Of a stretch of 64,000 bases of DNA, positions 29,659 to 41,400 are shown in pieces. Location: contig JASGHG010000001.1 in the NCBI GenBank assembly GCA_047602425.1, forward strand, positions 2,464,001-2,528,000, in the 5' to 3' direction. Position 1 is the first letter of the stretch; each line of letters begins with the position of its first letter. Made by a program: the position numbers and the translations under genes. This stretch comes from Nibricoccus sp. GTDB taxonomy: Bacteria; Verrucomicrobiota; Verrucomicrobiia; Opitutales; Opitutaceae. The notes below the pieces were generated by a model. The model saw only the letters and a list, made by a program, of their open reading frames with translations, ran no database searches and had not been told where the DNA came from.

Positions 29659-32600
29659 TCAGGATTCAGCCATGAGGCGTTTCACCTCCGCATCGTCCAT
29701 TTTTTCGATTTCGGCAACAAGGCTTGCTTGAATGGCGCCTGCGAGCTGTTCGATCGTGGGACCTTCGAAAAAGTTGCGCAGGGTGAAATTGATGCCGTAG
29801 GCCCTGCGAATGCGCGAAACAATTTGCATGGCCATGAGGGAATGTCCCCCGAGGTCGAGAAACGTCTCCTGACGCCCGATCGGGGTGATACCGAGGACGT
29901 CGCCCCAGATCTCAGCTATATTTTGTTCCACTTCGTCGCGCGGTTCCTCGCCAACCGGGACGCGCTTCTTCGCCGCAGCCGATGTAGCGGTTGAAATTGG
30001 TTCGTTATTGCTGGCCACCGGATCGGGCATCTCGCTAAGCAGGTCGTCGAGATTTTCCGGACTCACCACCACTTGGGGCAGCCCGGAAGCGAGGATGCGC
30101 ATAAATGCTTCCAAACCGTCGGCGGTGAAAATGGCTTTTTCCAAGGCTTGCTGTTTCCAGCGTTCGACGCCGGGCTGGGTTTTCAAATTCACCAACTGGC
30201 CAACTTCCCGCCAGCCGGGCCAATTTATGGCAACGGTCTTTGGTCCGCCTTGCGAATTCAGATAGTGGGAGAACGCGTCGAGAAAGGCATTGGCCGCACT
30301 GTAGTCAGATTCTGCATACGGCGTGATGACCGACGTAATGGAGGAGAAGAGCACCAGGAAATCCACCTTGAGGTTGCGCAGGGCCTCATGGAGGGCGAGA
30401 GTGCCTGCGACCTTGGGGGCTAGCACGCTTTCGATTGTTTCCCTCGATTTTGCCTGGATCAATCCGGCCCGCACGATGCCGGTCGCATGGATGACGCCAT
30501 GAATGGTTCCCCATTTGGCAACGCCGGTTTCCACGATCCGCCGCATGCCCGCGCGATCGGAGGCGTCAGCCACGAGTACTTCCACTTCTCCGCCGAGCGT
30601 TTCGATTTCCCGCAGATTCTTCACGAGCTGTCTATCGGCGGCGGAGAGCGCGGTGTCGTTTGCGTAGGCACGCCACAACGAATTCGTCAAAAACGGCGTT
30701 TTCCTCGTAAGAACGAGCCGCGCCTGGCAGGTTTTGGCGAGATGTTTGGCCAGTGCGAGGCCGATGCCGCCGGTTCCGCCAGTGATAAGGTAAACGCCTT
30801 TGTGACGCAGTCCATGGCCGACGGCGTGCTTAGGCGCGAGCAGTGGTTGTTGTTGGAATCGCCGTCGCCAGCGGTACTTTCCCCGGAGGGCGATGACGTC
30901 GGCTTGATGCGACGTTTGGAATTCGCTGATGAGATGCGAGACCAGCTCGTCGAGCTTTTGTCCGGATGTCGGTAGTGAGGTTAGGTCGACCGAAAAACAG
31001 GACACACCGGGATACTCTTTCGGAATGACTCCGCACGGGCCGAGAATGGTCGCTGTCAGTGGGTTTAGCTTTTCTTCACCGGTGACTTCATGCAACCCGC
31101 AGGTGACAACACCCAGCCGGACAGTCGGTGAAACCTCCTGTTCTCCGAGAGCCTTTGCGACATGCATCAGGCTGTGGAAACCCAATTCGAGGGCTATTTC
31201 GCAACCGGCGCCGTCGGGCTGCTCGGCGCGAGACGAAAGCGGGCCCAAATGAATGACATTTAAGATTTCCTCCGCTCCGAGATCGAGCGAACCAAAGAGT
31301 TTGAGGTAATCCTCGAAACAAGCCGCGCGCAGCACATAGGAGTCGTCCGCCGTTTGATTCCAGGCGGCGCCAAACTCCGCGAGGGTCACATTCGCGCCGA
31401 GAGTATCCAGCACGTTTTTGCAGTGGTTGGCGATATCCGAAGGATCGGCAAGAATCAGCCAGCGCGTATTTTTGACCTCCGATTTTGCCTCGGAGAAACG
31501 CGTTCTCTCCCACGTTGGGACATAGAACCAATCGGAGAGATTGTGGGTTTGTTTGCGTTCTTTCCCACCTGCTTTTTCCGTTCGAGGGCCAACCGGTTCA
31601 ATCCAATGGCGTTGTTTTTCGAAAGGATAGGTCGGGAGAGATACTTTTTTGGCGCCGGCTATGACGTTGCATTTTTCCAAGGCGAGGTTTTGCCCCGCTG
31701 TCCACAACCGGCCGGCGTTGCCAAGCAGGAATTCTGCGTCGGGCAGGTTTTCGTATCCATGGCGTAACGACGAGGCGACGACCGGAGCCGCAGTGGCTGG
31801 TTTGGCCGGATGTTGCAGGGCCAGAACGCCGAGAGTGCGGCCCGGACCGACTTCGAGCAAAACGAAGTCCGGCAGCTTCCACACCTGTTCAAGCGCATCG
31901 CCGAAACGGGCGGTGCGCCGTGCGTGTTCGACCCAGTACGACGGATCCGTCGCTTTTTCCGCGGTGATCCACGTTCCCGTCACATTTGAAATGAACGGCA
32001 GGCGTGGCGCGCTGAGCCGGACCTTGCGCACCTCCTGTGCAAATGGTTCGGCGATGGGATCGAGCAGGCGCGAATGGAAAGCATGCGCATTTTTCACCGG
32101 GCGGAAAATAATTTCCCGCGCGCCGAGCAGTTTTTGAAATTCGGTCATCTCGGGCACGGGCCCGGCGACCACGCAAAGTTTCGGGCCGTTGATCAGGGAG
32201 ATGGAAAGCGAAGGGCTCAGCAGGGGCAGTAGTTCCTTTTCCGGCAGCATGACCGCAAGCATCATGCCCTGAGGCAATTCGTTCACCAATTTGGCCCGCA
32301 CGACGACAAGCTTCAACGCGTCTTCAAGGGAGAACACCCCGGCGAGGCACGCTGCGACATACTCGCCCATGCTGTGACCCACGATGCGGTCGGGAACGAG
32401 TCCCCAATCGAGCCACAACCGCGCGAGCGCATACTCCAGCGTGAATAAAGCCGGATGGCAATTGACGGTATCGTTCAGTTTTTGCGTGGCGGGATCGAGT
32501 GGTTCGTCGGCCGTCTTCCCGAGCATCCGCTTCAGATCGATGCCGCGCGGTTTGGCCGGCTCGTTTTTGGCCCGGTCTTTTGGATAGAGAAGATCGCGGA

Positions 32601-34312
32601 CGTCGAGGCCGAGGAGTGGATGAAGAATTTGCGCGCACCGGTCGATCTCCCGGCGGAATACTTCATACTTTTCATAGAGGCCCTGGCCCATGCCAACGTA
32701 ATGATCGCCTACGCCAGGCAGGAGAAAGATCACCGGCGCTGCGCCTTTTTCGGGCACGATGCCGGACAATTGTTTTTTGGCATCAGGAGCGCGAAGCGAG
32801 GTGGCGATTTCGGGAGCGGTTTGCCCCACCGCAATACGCCGGTGCGAATAGAATTTCCGACCGGCATGCAATGTGTGCGCGATGTCCGAGAGCGCGGGAA
32901 CGTCGGGTTGGGAAAGAAAATTGGTGAATTCGCCGGACATCGTCTCTAGCGCCGGCGCCGATTTCGCGGAGAACGTGAGCAAATACGGACCGCCTGTCTT
33001 CGGCGACGGTGCGACCGCAGGCGCTTCCTCAAGGACGAGGTGAGCGTTGGTGCCTCCCATGCCCGTCGACATGATGCCTGCCCTCAACGGCGTATTATTG
33101 CGTGAAGTCCAGGGAGCGACTCTGTTGTTCACGAAAAATGGCGTGGTGCTAAAATCGATTTCCGGATTCGGCTTGGTATAATGAAGCGTTGGCGGGATCG
33201 AACGGTTTTTGAGCGCCAGCACCGTCTTGATCAAACCTGCCATTCCAGCGGCGGCATCGAGGTGGCCGACGTTGGTTTTCACCGAACCGAGGGCGCAAAA
33301 GGAATTTTTTTGCGTGAAATTCCGGAAAGCCTTGGTCAAGGCGAGCACTTCGATCGGGTCGCCCACCGGCGTGCCGGATCCATGCGCTTCCAGGTAGGAA
33401 ATAGTATCGGCATCGACGCCGGCATTGGCAATGGCTTCGACGACCACGTCCGCCTGCCCGTTGACGCTGGGTGTGGTATAGCCCGCTTTGGCCGAGCCAT
33501 CGTTGTTGACGGTCCGAGCCCTTGATCACTGCGTGGATATGGTCGCCTTGCGCGAGCGCGTCGGCGAGGCGTTTTAACACGACGACGCCCGCGCCGCTGC
33601 CAAAAACAGTGCCATTAGCACCGGCATCGAACGCGCGCACATGGCCATCCGGTGAGACCACACCGCCGCCATCGTAGATATAACCAGTCCGATGGGGCAC
33701 ACGAACCGACACGGCGCCAGCGAGGGCAAGGTCGGTTTCTTCGTTCAACAGACTTTGCCGGGCGAGATGAATGGCGACCAGCGAGGTCGAACATGCCGTC
33801 TGCACGGTCATGCCCGGCCCGCGCAGGCCGAGTTTGTACGAGATGCGTGTGCCGAGGAAGTCCTTGTCATTGACGATCAGCGTCGGGATGTAGTCTTCGG
33901 CAAAGCGGTCGTTCAGGCCGCTGTTGGCGAAGTAAGTGTTCATCGCCGAACCAACATAAACACCTACGCGGCCGGGAAAGCGGTCCGGATCGCAGCCTGC
34001 GTCCTCGATCGCGCTGTAGGCGACTTCAAGGAGAATGCGGTGCTGCGGATCCATGGCGCTGGCTTCGCCCGGCGAATAGCCGAAGAACGTGGCATCGAAG
34101 GCCTCGGGCGCATCGAGGACGGGCGCGGCCTTCACGAAATCGGAACGGGCCAGCAACTTTGGCGAAACTCCCGAGGCGAGAATTTCCTCGTCGGTGAGAC
34201 GGGCGATGGACTCGACGCCTCCGACGAGATTCTGCCAAAATTCGGTTGGATTTTTTGCGCCCGGAAAGCGGCAGGCCATGCCTACAATCGCGATGTCAAA
34301 TTCGTTGTCCAT
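29659..34312 (-). pseudogene. Type I PKS module KS-AT-KR-ACP, interrupted by a +1 frameshift near 33513 (real lesion or assembly error)
   Basis: The KS N-half (MDNEFDIAIVG...VQTACSTS) is in one frame; the C-half (HGSGT, KTNVGH), AT (GHSMG, HAFH), KR (GGTGGIG, YSAAN) and ACP (GGHSL) are in another. Removing one base from TCG-GACC-GTC-AAC restores the conserved IKGS[A/T]VNNDG and a 1550-aa protein. Confidence 0.88.
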
Positions 34313-34316
34313 CGGC

Positions 34317-35933
34317 TCAGGCGGTCTTGGACCGTAGGATTGGTTCGGGGAGGGCCTTGCGATCGGCCTTGCCATTGGCGTTTGTCGGAATTTCGGCGAT
34401 CTTCTCGAAGTGATCGGGCACCATGTGCGCGGGCAGATAACGATGCAGGTGCTGCTTGAGGGCTTCGGGATCGATCTCCTGTTTGCAGACGAGGTAGGCG
34501 ACGATGAGGATGATGCTCTCGGAATATTTTTTCACCGTGACGACGCAGTCTGCGATGCCCGGGAATTTTTGGATCGTATTTTCGATCTCGCCCAGTTCGA
34601 TGCGCAGACCGCGGATCTTCACCTGATGATCTTCCCGGCCGAGATATTCGATATTGCCGTCGGGCAGCCAGCGCGCGATGTCGCCGGTGCGATAAATGCG
34701 TTCGCCGGGAACCGCCGGGCTTTCGGTGAAACGTTCGCGGGTCAATTCGGGATTGTTTAAATAACCACGCGCCAGACCCACGCCGGCGAGGCACAATTCG
34801 CCAGGCTCGCCGATTGGGGCCTGCTCGCCATCCTTGATGATGTAAGTGCGGATATTTTGAATGGGCCGGCCGATGGGAATGCGATCGAAATCGCCCTGCG
34901 TCGGGCAATCGAAATAGGTGACGTCGACCGTGGCCTCGGTTGGACCATAGAGATTGATTAGTTGTGCGCCGACATTGCGATGGACGTTGTCATTGAATTT
35001 TCGGACGTGGGCGGGGCTGAGCGCTTCGCCGCTGGCGAAGATCCGGCGGAGCGTGGGGAGCGCCGTTTTCACCTTTTCCGGACGGCCGTCGAGATACTCG
35101 AGGAAAACGTTCAACATCGACGGTACGAAATGCATTACGCTCACGCGGTGTTTTTTGACAGTTTCCACGAGGGCCTGGGGCATCCGTTCGCCGCGTGGCA
35201 TCAACATGCAGACAGCCGAACCTTCGAGTGCCCACCAAAAGAGTTCCCACACGGAAACATCGAAACAGAACGAAGTTTTCTGCAAAAGGACGTCGCGACT
35301 GTCGATGGGATAGGCTTTCTGCATCCACTTGAGCCGGTTCACCACCGAATGGTGTTCGATCATTACGCCCTTGGGCCGGCCGGTGGACCCGGACGTGTAG
35401 ATGACGTACGCGAGATCGGTGGGGCGGTTGACCAAGGCCGGATTGGTGCCGGGGAAATTGTAGGTTTCGACCTGTTCGAGATTGACGGTGGGAACGCCGG
35501 CGGGCGCCTTGCCGGCGGTGGCGCCGTGAACGAGCAACAGGTTCACACCGGCGTTCTGCAAAACGTAACTGATGCGTTCCACCGGATCCTCGGGGGACAG
35601 CGGAAGGTACGCTCCGCCGGCTTTGATGATGCCGAAGATCCCAATGATCATCGCGAACGAACGTTCAACCATGATGCCGACGATCTGGCCTGGCTGCACG
35701 CCACGGCTTCGCAGCAGGTGAGCCACCTGGTTAGCCCGTTCGTTTAACTGGGAATAACTCAAAACCGGCGTGCCCCAAAATTTGTCGTGGTCGCACAGCA
35801 CCGCGGGTTGCTGGGGATGGCGAAGCACTTGTTCCTCGATCAACTCCTGCAACGTGACGTTGTTTTGGTATTCGCAGGCAGTGCGATTGAAAGAGGCGAT
35901 CTTTTCGAGATCGGTTTCAGTCGAGATGGACAT
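34317..35933 (-). CDS. Stand-alone adenylation domain, Ser-specific (ZmaJ-like seryl-AMP ligase)
   Basis: YTSGSTGRPKGV, NLYGPTE, YRTGD, GKADRKAL. Code DVWHFSLVDK (canonical Ser). No C or T domain. Start re-called at ATG 35933. Confidence 0.9.
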   Translation of the reverse strand: MSISTETDLEKIASFNRTACEYQNNVTLQELIEEQVLRHPQQPAVLCDHDKFWGTPVLSYSQLNERANQVAHLLRSRGVQPGQIVGIMVERSFAMIIGIFGIIKAGGAYLPLSPEDPVERISYVLQNAGVNLLLVHGATAGKAPAGVPTVNLEQVETYNFPGTNPALVNRPTDLAYVIYTSGSTGRPKGVMIEHHSVVNRLKWMQKAYPIDSRDVLLQKTSFCFDVSVWELFWWALEGSAVCMLMPRGERMPQALVETVKKHRVSVMHFVPSMLNVFLEYLDGRPEKVKTALPTLRRIFASGEALSPAHVRKFNDNVHRNVGAQLINLYGPTEATVDVTYFDCPTQGDFDRIPIGRPIQNIRTYIIKDGEQAPIGEPGELCLAGVGLARGYLNNPELTRERFTESPAVPGERIYRTGDIARWLPDGNIEYLGREDHQVKIRGLRIELGEIENTIQKFPGIADCVVTVKKYSESIILIVAYLVCKQEIDPEALKQHLHRYLPAHMVPDHFEKIAEIPTNANGKADRKALPEPILRSKTA

Positions 35934-35991
35934 GGGCAATGCGAAGATAGCTAGATTCCGGCCAATGTGCGACTTGGATGGATTTTTTTTC

Positions 35992-37182
35992 TCAGGCTCC
36001 GGCGTTTGCGGGTGATGAAGTTCGTTCGTGGCGCTGGCGGCGCAGCGCTTCGGCCACCACGCCTTTCCCCAGAATGTATTCGTGGACTTGGGTGGTGCCT
36101 TCGATGATTTCCATGATTTTCGAGCCGCGGTAAAAACGGGCGACGGGCGACGCCTCATGGCAACCGGAAGCGCCGCGGATTTGCACAGCGTCCGAGGACG
36201 CCTGAACCACGGCGCGCGAAGTGAAGTATTTGGCGAAGAATGCGCGGTTAAACGCGTCGGGCAGGCGATCGTCTTCCGCGCGGCACGCACTCCAACAGAG
36301 GAGATTGGCCGCTTCGAGATCCGTGGCCATTTTTGCCAGGAGCGATTGGATCATGCCGTAGTCGCCAACGCGCTGGCCGCCGACTTTGCGTGCGACGGCG
36401 TGATCGGCGCTTTCTTCCACGCAGCCGCGCAACAAACCCAAGGCCGAGCAAGCCGTGCTGAGCCGCCCATATTGAAGTCCTATTGGGGCGACGTGCGAAA
36501 AAGCGAACCCTGGTTTGGCGACGATGTTGGCCGCGGGGATTTGAACGTCATTGAAGCGAAGCAATCCCAAGCCAGCGGCGCGGAAACCCATGAGATCCTT
36601 GATTGGCTCGATTTCGAAACCGGGACTTTCGCGGGGCACGATGCAGGCGATTGGTTTGCCTTCGAGTTTGCCAAAAACCAGAAACACGCCGGCCATCTGC
36701 GAGCAGGTGATCCATTTTTTTTCTCCGCGAAGGATCAATCCATCGGATGTCCCGCTGCGGCGGTATTCAGTGGTCATCGCTTGCAGATCGCTGCCGATGC
36801 CAGGCTCGGTCAGAGCGAACGCAGCAATCATTTCGCCCTTGGCGAGTTTGGGCAGCCAGCGTGAACGCTGCTCGGACGTGCCCCATTTCAGCACGGCCAT
36901 GGAAAACATGGCTTGAACAGTCACGATGCCGGTGAAGGCGGAATCGCTCCGACCCAAGGCTTCGTTGAGCAGGCCAAAGGTGACCGCGTCCCAACCCAAA
37001 CCGCCAAATTCCGTTGGAATAGTGGCGCCGAGCCAGCCTGTCGCGCCGAGCTCGGCGATGGCGGCTTCGGGAATCTTCTGCGCACGATCCCATTCACCGG
37101 CAAACGGCGCCACTTTGCTGGAGGCAAAAGCCTGAAATTCGGCATGCCTCCGGCTCTGTTCTGCGGAGAGAAAGGTGTTCAT
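35992..37182 (-). CDS. Acyl-CoA/acyl-ACP dehydrogenase (ZmaI/ClbF/FkbI-like)
   Basis: FALTEP..GSD, GEKKWIT, AVQI.GA.G, IIEGTTQV. Located in an extender-unit cassette. Confidence 0.88.
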   Translation of the reverse strand: MNTFLSAEQSRRHAEFQAFASSKVAPFAGEWDRAQKIPEAAIAELGATGWLGATIPTEFGGLGWDAVTFGLLNEALGRSDSAFTGIVTVQAMFSMAVLKWGTSEQRSRWLPKLAKGEMIAAFALTEPGIGSDLQAMTTEYRRSGTSDGLILRGEKKWITCSQMAGVFLVFGKLEGKPIACIVPRESPGFEIEPIKDLMGFRAAGLGLLRFNDVQIPAANIVAKPGFAFSHVAPIGLQYGRLSTACSALGLLRGCVEESADHAVARKVGGQRVGDYGMIQSLLAKMATDLEAANLLCWSACRAEDDRLPDAFNRAFFAKYFTSRAVVQASSDAVQIRGASGCHEASPVARFYRGSKIMEIIEGTTQVHEYILGKGVVAEALRRQRHERTSSPANAGA

Positions 37183-37221
37183 GTTTGGCGCGGTTGAATG
37201 GTTTTGGTTGGCGGACGGGAC

Positions 37222-37476
37222 TTACCCGGCCTTTTTCCTGGCCACGAAGGCGGCGGTGGCGCTGACCGACTTGAAGTTTTCGATTTCGAGATCGTCCATG
37301 CCGATTTCGATTTCGAAGGTGCGCTCGACGAAGGTCATCAATTGGACGGCGAAGAGCGAATTGACGATGCCGGTGTCGAAGAGATTTTCGTCATCACCCA
37401 AGGCGTCGATGTTGATCGAGCTGTTGATGAAATTGCGGACGGTTTCTTTGATGTGTTTCGGATCAAGGGTGCTCAT
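37222..37476 (-). CDS. Stand-alone ACP for an unusual extender unit (ZmaH/ClbE/FkbJ-like)
   Basis: G.VNSLFA.QL..FVE..F.I and NF.SV motifs, typical of amino-, hydroxy- and methoxymalonyl carrier proteins. Confidence 0.9.
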   Translation of the reverse strand: MSTLDPKHIKETVRNFINSSINIDALGDDENLFDTGIVNSLFAVQLMTFVERTFEIEIGMDDLEIENFKSVSATAAFVARKKAG

Positions 37477-37494
37477 GTTAGGTTTCGCGATAGG

Positions 37495-38361
37495 TTAGCC
37501 TTGTGAACCAGGGTAGACGTAGAACCCACGTCCGCTTTTGCGTCCGCAATGGCCGGCATCGACCATCTTCCGGAGGAGGGGGCAGCACCGGAATTTCGGA
37601 TCGTGGAATGAGTCGTAAAGCACGTCAAGCGACCGCATGACCGTGTCGAGGCCGATGAGATCGGCCGTTTCCAATGGTCCCATTTTATGGCCAAAGCATT
37701 TTTTGAAAATGGCATCGATCTGTGCGGCGGTGGCCAGTCCATCCTGGAAAACCCAGGCGGCCTCATTCATGAAAAGATGCGAAATCCGGTTGGAAACAAA
37801 ACCGGGCAAATCGCCCACCACGATGGCTTCCTTTTGCAGCTGCGAAAAGAGCTGGCTGACCACGGAGATGGTTTCGTCGGACGTGTGTTCGCCGCGGATG
37901 ACTTCGACGGTCGGCATCATGTGCACCGGATTCATGAAATGCATGCCGACGACCTTTTTCGGTCGTTGGGTAATGCCCGCAATTCGAGTGACGGAGATGC
38001 ACGAAGTATTTGCGCCAAAGCAAACGCCGGCCGGAACGATTTTGTCGATTTTCTCGTAGATCGGTTTTTTGACGGTCCAGTCCTCGGTCGCGTTCTCGAC
38101 GACAAACTCCGCCTTCGAAAGATCCTCGAGGCTGGTCGTAAACGTAATGCGGGACAACGTCTCGTCACGCGTGAGCTTGGGAGCGCCTTTCTTCAGCAGC
38201 GGAGCGAACCGGACCGTTTGCAGAATATGGGCGCGAGCCGATTCCAATGCCTTGTCGGATATGTCAACCGCGATGGCGTGAATGCCGTGCAGCACGAGGT
38301 CGACAACCACGCCGGAGCCGATGTTTCCCACGCCAATTACGCCGACGGTTTTCAAAGTCAT
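37495..38361 (-). CDS. 3-hydroxyacyl-CoA/ACP dehydrogenase (ZmaG/ClbD/FkbK-like)
   Basis: GVIGVGNIG, VVENATE, ANTSCISVT, GMHFMNP, PGFVSNR, GPLETADLIGLD, GRKSGRGFY. Confidence 0.9.
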   Translation of the reverse strand: MTLKTVGVIGVGNIGSGVVVDLVLHGIHAIAVDISDKALESARAHILQTVRFAPLLKKGAPKLTRDETLSRITFTTSLEDLSKAEFVVENATEDWTVKKPIYEKIDKIVPAGVCFGANTSCISVTRIAGITQRPKKVVGMHFMNPVHMMPTVEVIRGEHTSDETISVVSQLFSQLQKEAIVVGDLPGFVSNRISHLFMNEAAWVFQDGLATAAQIDAIFKKCFGHKMGPLETADLIGLDTVMRSLDVLYDSFHDPKFRCCPLLRKMVDAGHCGRKSGRGFYVYPGSQG

Positions 38362-38406
38362 GAGGGTGAAATTAGGACGATTGTTTGGTTTAGTAAAGCC
38401 GGGATC

Positions 38407-41400
38407 TTAATCGCGCTTGCGCAGGCGTTGCTTGCGGCGGGCGCCCCGTTCCATGGCATCGCTGGCGGCGCTTGCCTCGGTCTTTGACGGCTCCAATTTT
38501 TCCGCCAGAAGGCGCACGGTCGGGCTCTCGAAAAGGCCCACGATCGAAACCTGATGCTTAAGCTCCCGGCGGATGGCGGCGACTACTTGCACCGCTTTGA
38601 GCGACGTGCCGCCGGCTTCGAAGAAATTGTCGGTGGGTTTTAGGTGAGGATTGCCAATCGCGCGACGCCAGATGCTGAGCAGTTTGTCTTCAAGACTGGC
38701 AGCTGCATCGGTGCCGATTGCCGGCTCGGCGAAGCCGGACGCGTGCAGACGCGCTGTTTCCATGGCCGAACGGATCTTGGCGACCGAATCCAAAGTCGTG
38801 GCGATTTCAACGAGACGGGCTTCCGCTCCGAAGCCGCGTGTATGCGTCGCTTTGGCGGAAACTGGCCGATTAGCGATGGATTGGGATTCGGTAGTTTCGG
38901 AGCTGCCTGAGGGTTTATACCGCAGCGAAATGAGTTCCTCGGCGGAGAAACGATAAATAGTTGAGCCGGATTTTTCTTGGGCAGAAGCAGCACGGAGGGA
39001 CTCGACGAAATCCCGCGCAGGCTGGTTCTTTTCCGTAGTCTGGAAGGGAAGTTCGACAAACTCGCAACCCCGAGCGCGCGCCTCGGCGCCAACGCGGGCG
39101 AGAATCCCGTGCTCGACGCCGCGACCCAGCACTCGACAACTCAGGAGGAAGGTGTCGACCGAGCATACGTTGCCCGCGATGGAAAAAAGCGCCAAGCCGA
39201 CCATGCCATAATCGCCAAAGCGATCCTGCACGTTTACGGCGAGGCAGCCATTCGCGGGATTTTCCGAAAAACGTTCGATGTCAGCCGCTGAGCGGCGTTT
39301 GGTCGTGAAATTGAACTGGTTGGTGCGAAGCGTAAGCTGGGAAACGCGATCGAAATGTTCCGCCATTGGCTTGAAGATGGAAATCTCCAAGTGAAGTCCC
39401 TCGATGAAGTCTTTGAGGGTCGACACTTGGTCGCGGTATTTTTCGCGTTCTGCGTTTTCCCGCATTCTGTGGGTTCGGGTAAGATCCTCGGAAGTCGTCC
39501 GGAGATGGTCAAACGCCCAAGTGTGATCCAGGAACGCAGGGATTTCGGCGGGATTGGCCGGAAGCGGAAGCGTAAGGACGGCTGGCACGCTGGCCTGCAC
39601 TTCAGCGCATTCAACCGGGTTGTCGTCCACGAAAATAAAACTGTCCAAGCCCAGTCCGAGTTCCTGGGCGAGCGAACGAAGATTTTCCGACTTGGGCGAC
39701 CAGTTGATGCGCGTCGCGACGAGATGTTCCCGCCGCAGTTTCATGTCGGGATTTCGGTCAAAAACGCTCCAGACGTCCGCCTCCGAGTTTTTACTGCAAA
39801 GGCACAAAAGCATACCCGCCTCCATTTGCCGGAGCATGAACTCCTGGAGCGCTCGATGAGCGACGGTCACTTTCACTCCGAGGGCACCTTCCTCGCCGCA
39901 TGCCCCCTGCCAGAGCGTGTTGTCGCAATCCAAAACAATGACCTTGTACGGAGAGCGCTGAAGCGCGGAGATCGTTCTAACGAGGGCGGTGCCGATCGAA
40001 GCAAAACCTTCGGCGGTATAGGGAACATGGCCGGCGGCGTCCGCGTGCGGATCGTGAAGGTCCGTTACCGGATAACGTTCAGCGATTGCGGTGGAGCTGA
40101 GGGTATGGATGTTTGAAAATCCACGGACGCGGTCGATTAGTTCGGTTTCGATTTCGCGGAGGAACTGGCCGGAATCGGAGAAGCCGGAAGCCAATGGATT
40201 CGTCGGGCAAAAACACAGGATCGTGGGCGTGCTCGAAGAACGCGTGTAGGCATCCAGCGCCTGAATAAACTGATCGGCGGTTTTTTTGACCTCAGCTTTA
40301 GAAGCTGCAAAAGGTTCGGCTTCGGTGGCGCATGTCTCGTTGCGACTGGCGCGGGTTGCGTAGACGTTAAAAAGACCGGAGCCGGTCAGAAGATTCTCCT
40401 CTTCGACCGCGCAGTTAAAACCCTGGGAGATTAAAATCGACCGCACTTCATCGACCGCTTTTTGTGTCCGGTCGTGCACTTCAATCACGATCTGGCCGAT
40501 CAGCGGCCAATGGGTTTTTTCGATGCCGCGTAAAATCTCAAGTTCGCATTTTTCAGCGTCGATTTTAAGCAGGTCGATCCGGCTGAGCTTATTGTCGCGG
40601 ATAATATCCGAAACGGACAGCAGGGGGCAGTCGAACACCTGGCGGTCGAGTCGGCCGGTCATCAACTCGTCGACGTAGACATCGGTTGAAGGCTCGGACG
40701 AACCGAGCTCGGTGCGAACCATGTTGGCCACGACCGCTTGAATTGCCTGACGATCTTCGTCGGCGTTCGAGTGGAAACTCGAAAATACGGAAGATTTCTC
40801 GTAGAAAGTGAGAGAGGCTGAACCGCGTTTTTCGGAAACGCCCAGGTTGAACGGCTGGAGGCGTTCGCCGTAGGCGGAGCAATTTGCCTGAAGCGCCTTG
40901 AAGGCTACAGGGCTCGGTTCGTAGGCAAAGACGCGGGCTTGCGGCGCTCGGCTGCGCACAAAAAGCGAAAAGAGGCCGATGTTGGCCCCGATGTCCACCA
41001 CCGTGGCGTCTTCGGGTATTTGAATGCCATGACGTAAGTAGACACGGTCTTCAAAAATTTCTTTGTAAACGTACTCGGTCTCGTGCCGGTTGAGATGAGC
41101 GACTTCCAAGCCATTGGCCAGGGTATGCCGATTCAATCCAGCAAAGGCATTGGTGGTTGTGACTGGATCGAGTTTGGACGCGGCGGACTCGCTGCCAGAG
41201 GCCCAGTCGTTTAAGTTCAGCAGGATGACGTTGAAACCATTTTGGTTTCGCCGGAGCGCGCTTTCCGGACTGAGGAGTTCTTGAAAAACCTGGTTATAGG
41301 GCGCAAACGTGGTCTTTAGTGGACGTCCAAGGCGGAAGCCCCAGAACGTGAGCACCTCCTCGACCGGGTCAGCGGTGAAGGTCGCGGCGACGACAAGGTC

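Noticed and set aside
33149..33512. C-terminal part of the 408-aa KS ORF as a real domain, or a programmed ribosomal frameshift
   Set aside because: The sequence after IKGS is out-of-frame nonsense, and no slippery heptamer or homopolymer is visible at the switch point.
35934..36290. N-terminal extension of the stand-alone A domain (possible extra domain)
   Set aside because: It largely overlaps the dehydrogenase in another frame and has no C- or T-domain motifs.
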